Assembly (NCBI RefSeq): GCF_036321535.1
Contig: NC_087436.1
Coordinates: forward strand, 108,440,001 to 108,504,000
Reading direction: 5' to 3'
Length of the DNA stretch: 64,000 nt
Origin: Camelus dromedarius
Taxonomy: Eukaryota
Part shown: piece after piece, positions 9,401-22,452 of the stretch
Layout: every line of letters begins with the position of its first letter
Numbering within the stretch: position 1 is the first letter of the stretch
Notes under the pieces: generated by a model
Told to the model about the DNA's origin: nothing
Database searches by the model: none
What the model saw: only the letters and a program-made list of their open reading frames with translations
Program-made: the position numbers and the translations under genes

Positions 9401-12400
9401 AATGTATCATTTCTTATGAAATAGGTATCAACGGCCTACTTTGGGATTCTTATGCAGTGTTACTGCTAGGCTCATCTTTCCTCCTCTTCCGTACTGGGAT
9501 AGTTCATCATACCTCAGGGAGATTTCCATTGTATTTCAGGAGAATAAAGAAATGTCCTTTCTTGTAGTGCGAGAATTTGACATTTGGGGCTGCTATTTCA
9601 GGCAGCCTTGTGATAGAGTTTCTCAAAACTTACATGGGGTTTCAACAACAAATAAGCACCTCATGTTATAATTTATTAAATTTTTAAAGTTCAGTTCTTT
9701 TCTTTTTCTTCTTTTTGTAATTCAAACTTCAATGTTTTCTTTTTAAGAAAAGAAATCTTAATATCAGGTCAGTGTGCGTGCAAATAATAGTTTTGACTTC
9801 AGCAAAGTTTTGAGAATAATGCACAATATCAGTGTTTTGAATTCACAGGCTCTCTCTACTCAGTGAGTCTTTTAGGAAGTTCCAGAGTTATGCCGGTCTG
9901 GAATACTCCTAAAACCTCACAAGAGTAAATTACTTCTTTTCCAGCTATAAAAATGAAAGTGGTTTTCTGTTAACACATTCCAGGGATAAATTGAATCAAA
10001 TTTTAATGGCAAAGCTATTTCATTATCTTCATATGCAACACTGGACTGTGAAAAGATCTACTTTTCATCCAAATATGTATTAAATCATGCTGAAGTAGTT
10101 ACTGAATTAAGAAAGGACCATCCTTCCCCCAGCTACTAACCTTGATAAGAGGCAAAATTTTACAAAAATGCAATAACACGCATGACTTGGGAAAAAAAAT
10201 CTTATATTGGTAATGGTCTTCAGTAAAAAGACAAAAAGAAACCAACTAATAATCTAAGTCCTTTGAAGAATACACATTAGAATTTCTTTTCTATTTATTG
10301 AACTTACTTTATTTAGCAGATATCTATAATACTGTAATACAAGCTTTCTCAAGAGGTCTAAACAAGGCACTAGCCGTACACACAGAGATGGATTTTCAGA
10401 ACTCAAGTTCTCAATTGTCTTGCGCTATTGTCAGACGCACAAGATGTGTTGAGTCTTTCAGTAAATTGGGCCAACTGGAAAACAGTACGAGTGTGTGACC
10501 ATTCCATGATGTTTAGTGAGAACTGAGAGGCTGGAGATGGCTGGGAAGGGGCAGTTATTTCTATCTCAGATAGCTTAGTTGACATTTACAAAACAGACTC
10601 TTTTTAAATTCTCCTAGCATTCAGCTTCTCCAGATGCTGTGGAGTGCCAAAGCTGATGTGTATCTGGACTAACAGAGAAGTCTTTCTAAACTGAAGTTCT
10701 TAAGGAAGATAAAATAACTTATAGAGATATTAAAAAACTTTAACATATTTTTTACACTATTTAGGAGTGGACTTAAGGGAATACTTATACCATTTGATTT
10801 TGTTTATAATCTTTTTTAGTTATATTTCAAGAATATTAATGTCTGCAAAGGGAGTATTGGAAGAAGAGGATTTAGTATGTTCAGAGATTACACTCAGAGG
10901 ATCCAGAATTATTTTGCTTGGATTTTAATTACTGCTTCACCTCTTAATAGTCATATGATTTTGGGCTGTTACCTGACTTCTGAAATCCTCACTTTTTTAT
11001 CCATAAAATGACATAATAATAAATAATATTAACACCTTGCTTTTATTGAGGGTTACCAATAGACAAGGCAAGTGTTGGACACAGTGTAGTATTAAACTAT
11101 GTATTAAAGTGTTAAACAAGTATAGTGTAGTGTAGAATTAATATTAGTAGTAATATGCTAATCTCTAATCTTCACCCTGGCCTTCTGAGGTAGATAGTAC
11201 CGTTCTCAATTTAGAGATGAGAAAACTTAGGGCTTTGGAGGCAAAGTAACTTGGCTCAAGGCTGCTCAACCTGTAAGTAAGTCATAAAGATGGAATTCCA
11301 ACTCAGGCTATCAGTTTCTAGATCCTACTCTATAATTTTAATTTTCCAGACATTATAGCGTGTTGGCAGTGGCAAATAATTTGGTGAAGGGGAGAAAGTG
11401 TTAAGTATCCTTAAGTCTCTCTACAAGCCTTTCTTGAATATATTTTATGTGTGAAACGCTCTTAGTCACTAACATTTTTTAATAAGCAAAAATGTTCATA
11501 CTGACAGACATACTGACTGTACTAATACATCATAGAGAACATTATAAAGCCCCTATCTTATAAATTAGACAAAATCTTGCAGCATAAATGAATCTGCATT
11601 AAATTTCAGTCAAATGAAAGACAGTCTTCAGTTGGGCCCTGGGGTAAAATTTGAGAAGAAAGTAGATAATGTGTTCATTCTCAAACTGAGCCCAATTTCT
11701 GTCTGGTTTGTCTATGGGTGACAGGTGGAACTGCTGGGAAAAGATGGGACAGAGAAGAGCTGGTGAAGGAGAAAACTGTACATACAATATTATGGTGTAA
11801 AGATGAGACCCTGAATCCAGAAGAGGGGTTATTTGCAAGAGGGTCTGAGATTTATGGGAGGGTCTGATTAGAGCATGGACAAGGGTAATAAGATGATCTA
11901 TACTGGAGTAGGATTTTGGATCAAGTGCATCCAGCGTTAATTTATAGTAAAACACAAGCCTCAGTTGGGTTTTTAGCCTTGTTAAGGATGGTCATCAGGT
12001 CATCAACAGAAAACACATACTCCAGCCATTACCTGCAGGTATTAAACCATGGAGGAACACAGATAATTCTAGTTATGGGGGACAGAGTCCAAGGGAGTTA
12101 AGAAAGCTTACCTTAGCTGAGCACTCACTATAAAACAAACGGGGTGAAAAAAGTGTTACATATGCCAGGACCTGGAATTATCTTATCAGCCAAGCGAGAC
12201 TGTAGGTGTTATCCAGAGAGACTAATGAGTTGCTCAAGGTCACAGGGGACTAAGTGAAGGATTCTGGGTTAGTTCCAATGCCCTCATAGTGCCACTGATC
12301 CAGATGACATTCACTATGGCTACAGAAGGTAAGTATTCAGAAATAAGAGAAAGTTTTCACAGATAAATAAAAGCCATATTTAACATAAACTTTTCTACAG

Positions 12401-13324
12401 ACTATGCCTACAAATTAAAGAAAATAGTTGCTTTTTAAAAATTTGACTTTTTTATTTTTGCTTCTGCTTTTATGTAGAGGCTTTTTTTTTTTTTTGTAAA
12501 AACACAGGTATGATAATGAACAAAAAGAGAATGAGGAAGAGGAAAAAAGAAGGAAAGATACATTTATAAATCACATAATCAAAGCTCTGATTTATCAAGT
12601 CTTCATAAAAGGGAAAATCCTTCAGAAATCACCAATTCCAAATCAATCATTTCATAAATCAAGAAATAGAGTCCCAGAAAGAGTAAATAATTTCCTGAGT
12701 GGCTTGATTTTGACAGGCTCTTCTCTGCAGAGAAAAAAATCTAATGGATTATAGTCAGACAGTAAACTTTAAACATAATCTAATCTCTACCAATTAGTTA
12801 TCCAAATTACAGCTCTCTTTAATTATTCTGCTAGTGGACCAGGCACTGTGGTCCTAAGATGTGGGTGATGGAAAGTTGTTCTGTGGCTTAGCGTTATCAT
12901 TAGAGAGAGTTGCTACCACAGAGAATCCTTAGGTTGAGGGACTTGGCCATAAATGGGGGTGTTTTCCACCTTGATGACTTGTCTGAATAAGTTAGTGATA
13001 GAGAGTCATTACACCCTGACAGTCGTTTAGTGGGCCCAGTGGATGAGTTTCTGGGAGGCCCAGGCTTAATAACCAATAGGCATACATATACAGATCACAA
13101 GGGTGCTCATCCTAATTGTTCATCACTGATTGTTAAAAGCAGGAAGCACCTCTCTCACTGCTTGCACCATCTCACAGAGTCCTGTCTTGACCTCTCTGCT
13201 TGAGATTTACCCCCACCGCCCAGGCTGTTGGAGGCAGTTATTTGAAAAGTGTTTAACATTATCAAGATGAATCTTACTGCTAAAAATGTACCAATTATAT
13301 GGTTCAGTTCTTACAGAGAGGCCA

Positions 13325-13570
13325 TGGCATATAGATGCTAAGAACACACTCTGAAGCCAAAATAATTGGATTTAATAATAATTAAACCCCATCTCTAACA
13401 TTTATTAGTTTTATGACCTTGCATAAGCACCTCAACCCTGGGTACATCAGATTCTTTATATCTTAAATGGGAATAATCATAGCACCTCCCTCTACTGTTT
13501 GTTGTATGGATTGAAATGAGTTAGTATTTGTTTGTGCTTAGAGACAGCTCTCAGATATTATAAATGATTT
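13325..13570 (+). mobile_element. MIR SINE
   Basis: TGACCTTGCATAAGCACCTCAACC...AAATGGGAATAATCATAGCACCTCC...GTTGTATGGATTGAAATGAGTTAG. Confidence 0.7.
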
Positions 13571-14079
13571 GTGTGTTTTGCCATTATGGCTAGGCACCAT
13601 CGTCTTTCTTTCCAAAAAAAGGAGGCCACCACTCAATATCTGAAACCAAAACCTGAATTCATTACTTGCTAAGCAACTGAGAGCTGCACTTATAGGATAT
13701 AGTTGCTCAGAGCAAAGCACTGCTAATGTTGTATAGAGTTTTAGGCTTTCCCAAGAGTGGTTATTATTAATGGGAAGTTGTCATTGATCGACTGGGTTGG
13801 GTTTAAAACTGGTTCTGGTGCTACTTGTTACTATAATCAAAAACCAATCACTCATTTCCTTTCTTGAAACTACAGTACAGGAACTTTTTATTTCCACAGT
13901 AAACAACAGTTAAGATTATTTACTGAGCAGCTCCCAAGGGTCAGCCAGTGTTCTAGACACTGGGGATGCAGCCTTAAGGAGAGAGACCAAACCTGTGTTC
14001 TTGCAAGCTGATCTGCTAAAGTTTGAGATATGAACTATAAATGCTACAAAAATTATGGGAGACAGAATAGTTATAGTAG

Positions 14080-14580
14080 AATTCATTCATTCACTTGTTC
14101 ATTCATTAAATGTGTGTGTCTCTACCACACACTCCACACACGATTCTAAGCACAGTAATGAGCACAATCCAAGGCCTTATGAAATGTGTGTACTATTGGG
14201 GAAGCAAGACAAAAGGAACAAAGGAATATATAATCTGATACTTAATAAAGCAAAAAATATAGCAGGTGTTAGAGTGGTCAGGAAAGGTCTTTCTGAAGAA
14301 CTGACTTCCCTGCCAGTAATGAAAAGAAATGAGAGTGTGTGAGACAGTCGAGTCTGGAACAAGAGGATTCCATGCAGACTTGACCAAGTACAATAGCCTT
14401 TGGCTAGAAGTGTGTTTCTTGTGTCCAAGGAATGCGGTAGGGGTAGTGGAACTGGAGCAGAGTGTGCTGGAAGTGGCGGTAGTAATGGTGGAGGGGTGGC
14501 CAAGGGCACACCATACCCAGCCATGGCAGGGACTCTGGGTTTTCTTCTGTTTTCACCGGGAAGCCACTGAAAGATTAGGT
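14080..14580 (-). mobile_element. LINE-2 3' fragment
   Basis: ATTCATTCATTCA start, then GTGGTCAGGAAAGGTCTTTCTGAAGAA and GGAAGCCACTGAAAG, typical antisense L2 segments. Confidence 0.65.
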
Positions 14581-16549
14581 TAAGACATCTCTACAAGTGC
14601 CCGATTCCAGCCCTGATACCAGTTTCCACACCACATCTGCCTGCCCCGGTCTCGGCACGGGGTGGGCAGATACCTCTTTGCCCCGCCCCACACGACTGCC
14701 AGGACCTTTTGTCAGACCTCTCTTATCTGGGAAAACTTCCTGTACCTCTCATGACCGACCCTTAGCCTAGGCTCAGGCTGAAATACTGATTTCTCTTTGT
14801 TAAGCTGTATCTGCCCTTCTGCCGGCCACGTGAGGTTGGTGAGCAGCTCTAGTCTTCATTTCTCCTTAGCTGCTTCAAGATCCTAGGATATAAACCCCAC
14901 TCTTAACTGCATCTCCAGGGATGATGTAAATTGTCTTAATACGGCTTTACTAAAGCAGACATTTGAAAAAATCAAATGGTATTCCTTGAGCACCTGCCAT
15001 AGTGACGGTATAACACCAGTGGAGGTGAAGAGACAGATTCCACCAGGAGGTGGAATTCCAGCCATGCTGTTATCCTTTGAGTAACTGGTCCTTCCTCCAC
15101 ATATTGGCTTCAAAGATAAATATTCAAATTGGGCATATTCCAGATTGAGATATGAATAATACCCCAGATTATTTGTACTAATAACAGTTTTTGGAACTAG
15201 CAAGAATCATAGAGAGTGTAGTCCACCTCCCCTCATTGTCTGAGTAAACTGAGGCCCAGGAAGGTTAATTGACTTTTTATAAATGACAGAACTAACTGAT
15301 AACATTAGAAGCCATAATAAGTACACCATCTATGATAGAGTGATATATTCTAGGTGAGAAGCTAATAATTTTGCATATTTATTTTATCTTTTTTTTTTAC
15401 AAAGCCCTGTAAGAATGATGTTATTAGCCATAGTTACAGGGATTCTGGCTCTTTATTTATTTTCTTAGGAATATATGATGAACTTTTTTTTCATTATATT
15501 GCTATTTTCTAGTGTTTTGGCTTATACTCAGGTAATTCAGGGAGGGAGGAGATTTCTGGTACACAGGCGGAAGCAAGGCTTCTGAAAAAAAACTGATGAG
15601 GTATGCCAAAATATGATCCACATTGGAGAAGACCCAGGGTCATATCCCAAATGCCAGGTGCTTAGGCATTCAGGCAGGCATCAAATGAATATATAGGAGT
15701 GGGGCCTTGAGTAGGGAGGTCCCAGAGCTGGTGAGCAGACAGATAGCATCAGATGCTAATAATACCAATAACACCTGAATGAGAAATTTGTGGAGCCTAT
15801 GCCAGGGACCATGGCCAGCACTGTCAATGCATTATTCATGTTGACAGCAGTTTTTATGAACCAGTTATATAATTGAAGATTAAAGAAATGAGAAAATATA
15901 TGCTCTGGAAGTTTCAATCACCTGGCTAAGATCACGCACCTGGAAGTGGTCCAGCAGGGATTAAAAGCTATGCTGTCAAACTGGAGAACACAGGTTCTCA
16001 GCCATCATGTACCTGCCTCACAGGTAGGGCAAGGTCATGGTCAGAGACAGAATTACCTTGAGTAAATGAAGGTCAAGCTGCAGAGTTCCTCAAGTGTGGA
16101 GGCCCCTTCCCCTTCTCATTCTCAGTAAATATTAACTTCCGCACCAGATTTTGTATATGTGACTTTTTCCCCTCTTTTCTCATAGACTCTTCTCCTCCAC
16201 ATTAAATAAGATTCAGGCCTGACCTAACCAAGATCTACCCCTACCGTGAGCTTAGAAAATCTTGCCTTTTCTGGCATCATAAAACTTATGGCTGGGGACA
16301 CAGGGAGCAAGGTCCATCCTCCAGGACAGGAAGCTGGATAGGAAGTTCCCACCAGGGTCCCCGTGTCTCTCTGCAAATCTCCATGGCTACAGGGTGTCAC
16401 AGCTGGTGCAGGGAGGAAGAGATCATTTGGCAGTACAGCGTTTCCAAGCGTTGCTGGCTGGAGGGGGAGTGCAGTTCACTTCCCCACAGAGTTGACTCGG
16501 GAGCTAGATGAGCTTGTACCTGCAGGAAGGTCCCAGGAGCTGACTAGCG

Positions 16550-16760
16550 GCATGGCTGAGTGGAGAGAGCATGGACTTTCACATCCGACAGATACGGATT
16601 GAATCCCACCTCCTTCACGGACTAGTTGACCTTGGGCGACTTACTGGATCTCTTTTAGCCTCGGTTTCATCATTGGTAAATTGGTCATTGCTGTGAAGAC
16701 TAAAGACATGAATGGACAGTGCCTCGCTCTGTTGTGGTGCTCTACAAATGTGGCTGTTAA
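16550..16760 (+). mobile_element. MIR SINE
   Basis: TTGAATCCCACCTCC...TGACCTTGGGCGACTTACT...CCTCGGTTTCATCATTGGTAAA. Confidence 0.7.
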
Positions 16761-19700
16761 TCGTACATACTGTGTAAAATCTAGGTAGGGCAAAGACTGA
16801 GGGAATGAGGCAAGAGTCAATGTCATCTGTTATTTACTTATGATTTGTTTTATAGGTGATTATCTACCTGTATGCTACAGATTTGGAGTACTGCTCTAGA
16901 AATCTTTCTTTGCCCTGTCCTCCTCTTCATCTAAGACAAAGAAACCCTTTCATCTTCATAGGGATTCATTCATTCATGCATACATTCATTTAACCTGTAT
17001 TTACCAACCTCCTATTGGGTGCTGTTCTGGGGGCTGGGGGTACAAGAGGGACCAAAACACTGAGGTCCCTGCTGTTGTAGAGGAGTTGGCCCTGGTTGCA
17101 GCAGAGCCTTTCCTCCCTGTGTTATGTGCTAGGAAGGCAGAGGATGTGGACGTAAATGTTGATACATTCATAATGGGAAGTTGAGAGACATTGTGTCTGA
17201 TTGCTTTCCTCTTCTGTTAATATGAAGCAGAATGAGGTGAAAAGCATTTGTGGCATGGGGAGTAATGGAAGTTTTCAAGAGGGAGAGTACAGTGTAGTCT
17301 CTTCAGAGCCTGGGGAGGTGAATTTGCTGAGCAAGTGTGAGATGATGGCTGGGCAGTGCTTAGTGCTCATTTGAAATCCTAGTTGTAATTTTAAAAGAAG
17401 ACTCTCCCTGCCTCGGATAGAGTAAGCACCTTCTTGGGTCCCTTACTGCAAGATCATTCTTTCCAGACATGTCCCAGGAGAGGGTGGAAGTGGGGAGCAA
17501 GTGAAAGGAGAGAAGAACAGCAAAGGAACTAGAGGGAGTATGCTTAACACTACCTCCAAGTATGTACAACAGATACAGCGACGCGAGACTGTGGAGGTAC
17601 AAGTACGGAAGAGTTAAAGTGGAACCACACGGGAACTGTGTTCTCCAGTTGTGTGATGAGGTGCAGGCCGAAGACTGAAAATTTTACTTCTCAATTTTGT
17701 GGCCACAGTGGTGCACTGTAAATCAAAATAACTAGTAAACTTGCTTGGGGAGAGGATCCAACGAAGTGTTTACAAATTTTAGCTTATGTGTTATGGTGAA
17801 AATGCTTGAGAAAGTACTCTCAGACCACTCTTCCAACAGCAGATGAATTTCTTAAAGCTGTGTATGTAGTGTTCCTTCATAAACGGAGTAAAATTCAAAC
17901 AAGCCGAGAGGAATTTTCTGCTTAGATTCTGAGTTTCAGAATCAAAGATATTTTCATCAGATTTTTTTTGATGGTGATGCCATTGTACTTTTCTGTTTTC
18001 TACAACCTTTAGTCACCAATCTCTTATTAGCTTTTGAAAAGTTTGATATCTAACAGTTAGTAATCTGATGTCCTACCTGCAAAAATGTGTGTTCAATGAC
18101 TATTAAAATCAATGAGGTATGTAAGTGCGTATGTTCATGTATACATACATTTGTGCACAAAAATGTGTCTGTGTAAACATACATTAGACCCATGAGTGCA
18201 CACACTTAGAAACTTCACACACACACACACCCCATACACATTCCAAGAACATAAGCCATGAAGTTTATCAGTTAATATGATAAGTTGTTGAGCTCTTTGA
18301 AGAACCCAATTCTTGATTCTTTTGCACCAAGACCTGTGAAGATTCCTTGGGAGATGGATTTAGATTTAACCATATGTACAAGAACGAAGGAGAAGGGGAG
18401 CACGGTGAAAAAGAGCACAGGCGAGAGAACGAAGCCTGACTGTGGGTTGAAGTGGAATATGCCACATGCCTTTGAAGTGAAAACACTCTGACTGCAATCT
18501 CTACTCCAGCTGTGTGATCTCAGACAAGTTATTTAACCTTCCTGATCCTCTCTTTCTTCTATAAAATCCTCTACTGGATCTAGCTTACAGACAATTATCT
18601 GCAAGCAGTACATATTTAATGGCATAAAATGTTTGGGATGACTAGTTCTGGTCCCTAGTAAGTGCCCAGTAAGTGCTCTTACCTCCTCCTGGTTCTTACT
18701 CACCAGGTTCTACATTGCCCTACTTGGATTTGGAAAGGCCCCATCTTGTGGTTTCCTGGCTGCCCCTTCTGGGTCCAAATTGCTGCCCTCCCTAAGTGTG
18801 GGTTCCTCCCTCACCTGATGATCAGTGCCATCTCGCCTGGCCTTGCTTCAGTTCTGAGTTCATTCAGTTTGGGAAAGAGCCCTATTGCATTTGCTTGTTG
18901 ATAAATTCTCCCATTTGCCTAGCGTGTGTCCTATGAGACTGTCAAATACCCCTGTGTGGAAAAGATGTTCAGAATATATTTCTTAAATTTAAAGAATAAA
19001 TTTCAAAACAATGTACAAAATGATGTTCTCATTTTAAAAAAATACACACGGGATGTGGAGAGAACAGACACTGGCGTTTTTCATTTCTCCTTTGAATTTG
19101 TCCATTTTTTGGCATGTGTCTATATAACATTCTAGAGGTTACTTTTAAAAGGAAAAGAACATTAATATGAAATGCACATTATTTTTTTTTCCAATAGGAG
19201 AAACGCAGTGCCCATTGGAACATAGTCATGTATCAATTGAAAATGAAAAACTTTTTTTTGACCCAGAAAACATATTTAAAATCGAAGAGTTCTGTGTTTG
19301 TTTCTCTGTAAAAATAAGATCATTCAGACGAAAGTTCTTGGAACTTGAAGGGCAGATTTTCATACCGTGAAGTCATTTTTCAACTTCGAATTCCTAGAGT
19401 GGTTGATCAAGGGTGTCTCCTTAAATATTCCTGTGTCAAGGAAGTGATCACAGGCCTGGGATAGTGATACTTTTCCTTAGAGCCTCACTTACCTAGAAGA
19501 AGAGCTCGTTTTCTGAGCCTTTTACAAGGATCTGTAGTTTTACGACTCTCAGGAATAAACCATTTCACTCCATTTATGTGTTTTGCTTCATTTCCTCTGA
19601 AAGGGAAAATTGGACCCGGTGTGTGATATGTGATACATGAGAAAGGGCGGGGCGAGGGAGGAGGGTGCAGGGGGAGTTGGCTGCTTCTTGGCAGTTCTTG

Positions 19701-20414
19701 GCTTCCCTCACTTCTGAGCTCCAGTAATTTTCTTTCTTAAGCAGCAGCTTGCTTGTGTGTGAGTGGGCACCATTCATGTGAAAACCTAGATACAAATTAT
19801 TTAGTATGGGGAACAGATTGACAGGAAAGGAGTGATAGAGGCTTCAAGAAATAGAAGAAAGCCTTTAAGACTTTCTCAAAGATTTCATTGAACAGCTCCC
19901 CAAAGAATTTTAAATACCACTCATACGCTTTTTTTTTCTTTTAAAAGTACTTTATAAAATTTGGCCACAGGGAAAATCCATATAATTTTCCTTTTTCGTT
20001 ACCAGATTTTTTTTTCTTGAATAATGAATTTGAAGAAGACTGGGTTGGCCTTGATTCAAGTCGATGCAATTTGGGGTAGAAAGAAACTCTACATTGAGGC
20101 TCTAGGCTGTGATCTGGGAATACAAAGTAAGGAACATAGCTGCGTGTTGACAGAACTTAAGTCCAAAAATGACTCCTCTGAAATGGTAGCTTTGTGGGAA
20201 GAACCCAGCATTGGTTTCCAGCGATCTCGTGTTTTCATCTTGACTCAGCCACTAGCTAGTCATTGGATCTTAGTTTTCCTTCTCTGACACGAGGGGATAA
20301 GGCCAACCTCCTAGCCTTCCTGTGGAGAGTAATGAGCTAAAACAGGACAACATCGGGGCAGCAGCCAGCAGAGAGGACTCCTCCAGTCAGTGCCGGTTAC
20401 ACGTTGTATCAGAG

Positions 20415-20645
20415 ACGGCCTGGTGGTGTCGGGAGCCTGCACTCTGAAGTCTGACAACTTGAGTGTGAACTCTAGCCTGGGCACTTACCTGCTTTGTAAT
20501 CTTGGGCACGCTGCTTAGCCTTTTTGTCCTCATCAGTAAAAAGGAGATAATAATAGTATTGATACCATAGGGTTTTGAGGACAAACAAAATATGTGAAAC
20601 ATCTGTAGTGCCTGGCCCAAGGGGAGCACTATGTGACCATTTGCT
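20415..20645 (+). mobile_element. MIR SINE, near full length
   Basis: CTTGGGCACGCTGCTTAGCC...CCTCATCAGTAAAAAGGAGATAATAATAGTATTGATACCATAGGGTTTTGAGG...AGTGCCTGGC. Confidence 0.8.
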
Positions 20646-21676
20646 CTTACTACTTTTAAGAATTATTGAGACTTTTTTTTTTCAAAATCAAATCTAAGTG
20701 GTTAGTCCACTTTTTCTCTTTTTTGTGATAGTGACAGTGGCTTCTACTTTAACGTAAGTCTCTTTCACTTTACTTTGTTTTGGATGTGTTTTGCCTGTAG
20801 CCTACGCACACACCTGTGCATGGTTAAAGCTTCACGGAAAAACAGGCAGGTTACAGGTACAGATAGCACCTTGCGGTGGTGGGGGGGGGCAGCTGTGTTG
20901 TGAGCCAGTACTGAGTTCACAGCTCCTCCCGACTAGACATCATACAAAGGACCACGTGCCCCTGGGGACAAGGAAGACCTCCCAAGAGGCTGTGCGTGAA
21001 TCAACACAAATCCTCTCCCTGGAGGAACAAACCCAGCTTCTGGCAGTTAAACATCTTGCCTACTCGGCACAGCTGGGCACCTTTTTCCAGGCAGAGGGAG
21101 TCTGCGACTCACGCTCCTCTCCCTGCAGCAGGGCTTACTCGGTGCTCAGCACGTGGCTCTGAGGAAGGGAGTCAGGCCAATGACTGTGAAGTAATGCTAC
21201 TTTTACATTGCTGAGTCAAATTTTATAGTTTTTTTTATTTTAAAATATTTTTGATATTGTATACATAATTATATTTCCCAGTAACAAAAGCTCAAGAAGA
21301 GGGGTGGAAAGTTAAAAGGGGAAATAAAATAGTGGGAGCCCTTACATAGCTTTACATAGGCTGCAGGAACCCTCCCAAGGCTTCTGGACTCCTTTGCAAA
21401 ACACGCTGAAGTGAGGGACATAAGCAGTATGGAATTAATAAAATAAATAAAAAAAAATCTGGCACCAGATTCTGCCATACACTTACTTAGGCACTGGTAG
21501 GACTTTGAGAAGCAAAGTAACTTATCTTTGTTCCAGGTTCCTCATCTATCACATGGAGATAATAATATTTATCTCAGGGGGTGGTTATGATGGTTAAATG
21601 AGCTAGCATTGTGTATCAGGCACTTAGACAATGCCTGGCCGTACATAACTCTGTTTATTATTGACTTACTATTATG

Positions 21677-21880
21677 CCGTCACCCCCTTAGTAGCCATCG
21701 GGGTTGGTTCTAGGACCCCTGCGGTTATCGAAATCTGAGGCTACACAAGTCCTTATGTAAAACGGCAATATTACAGCTGGCGCTCTGTATCCGTGGGTCC
21801 TGCTTCCGAGGACTCAGCCAGATTCCATCAGCAGCTGGCTGAACCCACAGGTGCTGAACCCACGGTGTGGGGGCCGACTG
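21677..21880. mobile_element. Tigger (MER2-group) non-autonomous DNA transposon / MITE
   Basis: GGGGTTGGTTCTAGGACCCC...CAAGTCCTTATGTAAAACGGC and the terminus GAACCCACGGTGTGGGGGCCGACTG match the MER2/Tigger ends as I recall them. Confidence 0.8.
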
Positions 21881-22224
21881 CAATACTCATCAGACGTTAC
21901 GTGAATACGTTCTCACGTTTGCCTTTACCTAGTGCTAATAAGAGTCACGGGACTTTGTTTAGCACATATTTATTTTCACGTATTTTTAAATACATTCTAA
22001 TAGAAAAATACATGATATTATTGATATTATTGGTATTATTATAGTAGTATTACCCTCATTCATATAAATGATACTTTGTTTTTTCTTTCCCAAATTAATG
22101 CAAGTTCGTAAAACTTCAGACAATGCAAAAGTCTAAAAAGTAAATTAAAAAAAAAAAAAAAGTAGGCCCTTTAGCTTGCTAGTTAGTCTCTCTTGTCTTC
22201 TGCCGTAGAGTACTACCAGAGGAA

Positions 22225-22452
22225 TGGTAGTTTCTAAAATGTTTTCAGTAGAGTTGAGGGCCATGCAGGAAAAGGCCTCTGTGGTCATGGACTTTGGGAA
22301 ACACTGTGCTGTAGGCCCCACTTGGAGGCTCAGAACATACTTGGATGTATTAGAAGTGCTGAGAAGTCTTATAAACAAACTAGCCTGCTTTTACTAAACT
22401 TTAAGCAAAGCTTGGCTCCTATTAACATCCAGCAGAACACATTTGGGAGATG
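22225..22452. mobile_element. hAT-Charlie non-autonomous element (MER112/Charlie4-like)
   Basis: CTGTGGTCATGGACTTTGGGAAACACTG, GCTGAGAAGTC and terminal CAGAACACATTTGGGAGATGT. Confidence 0.55.

Noticed and set aside
12190..12334. Perfect donor AAG|GTAAGT at 12328/12329 suggesting a cryptic exon
   Set aside because: No convincing upstream acceptor, lies beside MIR-derived sequence, and single matches are expected by chance.
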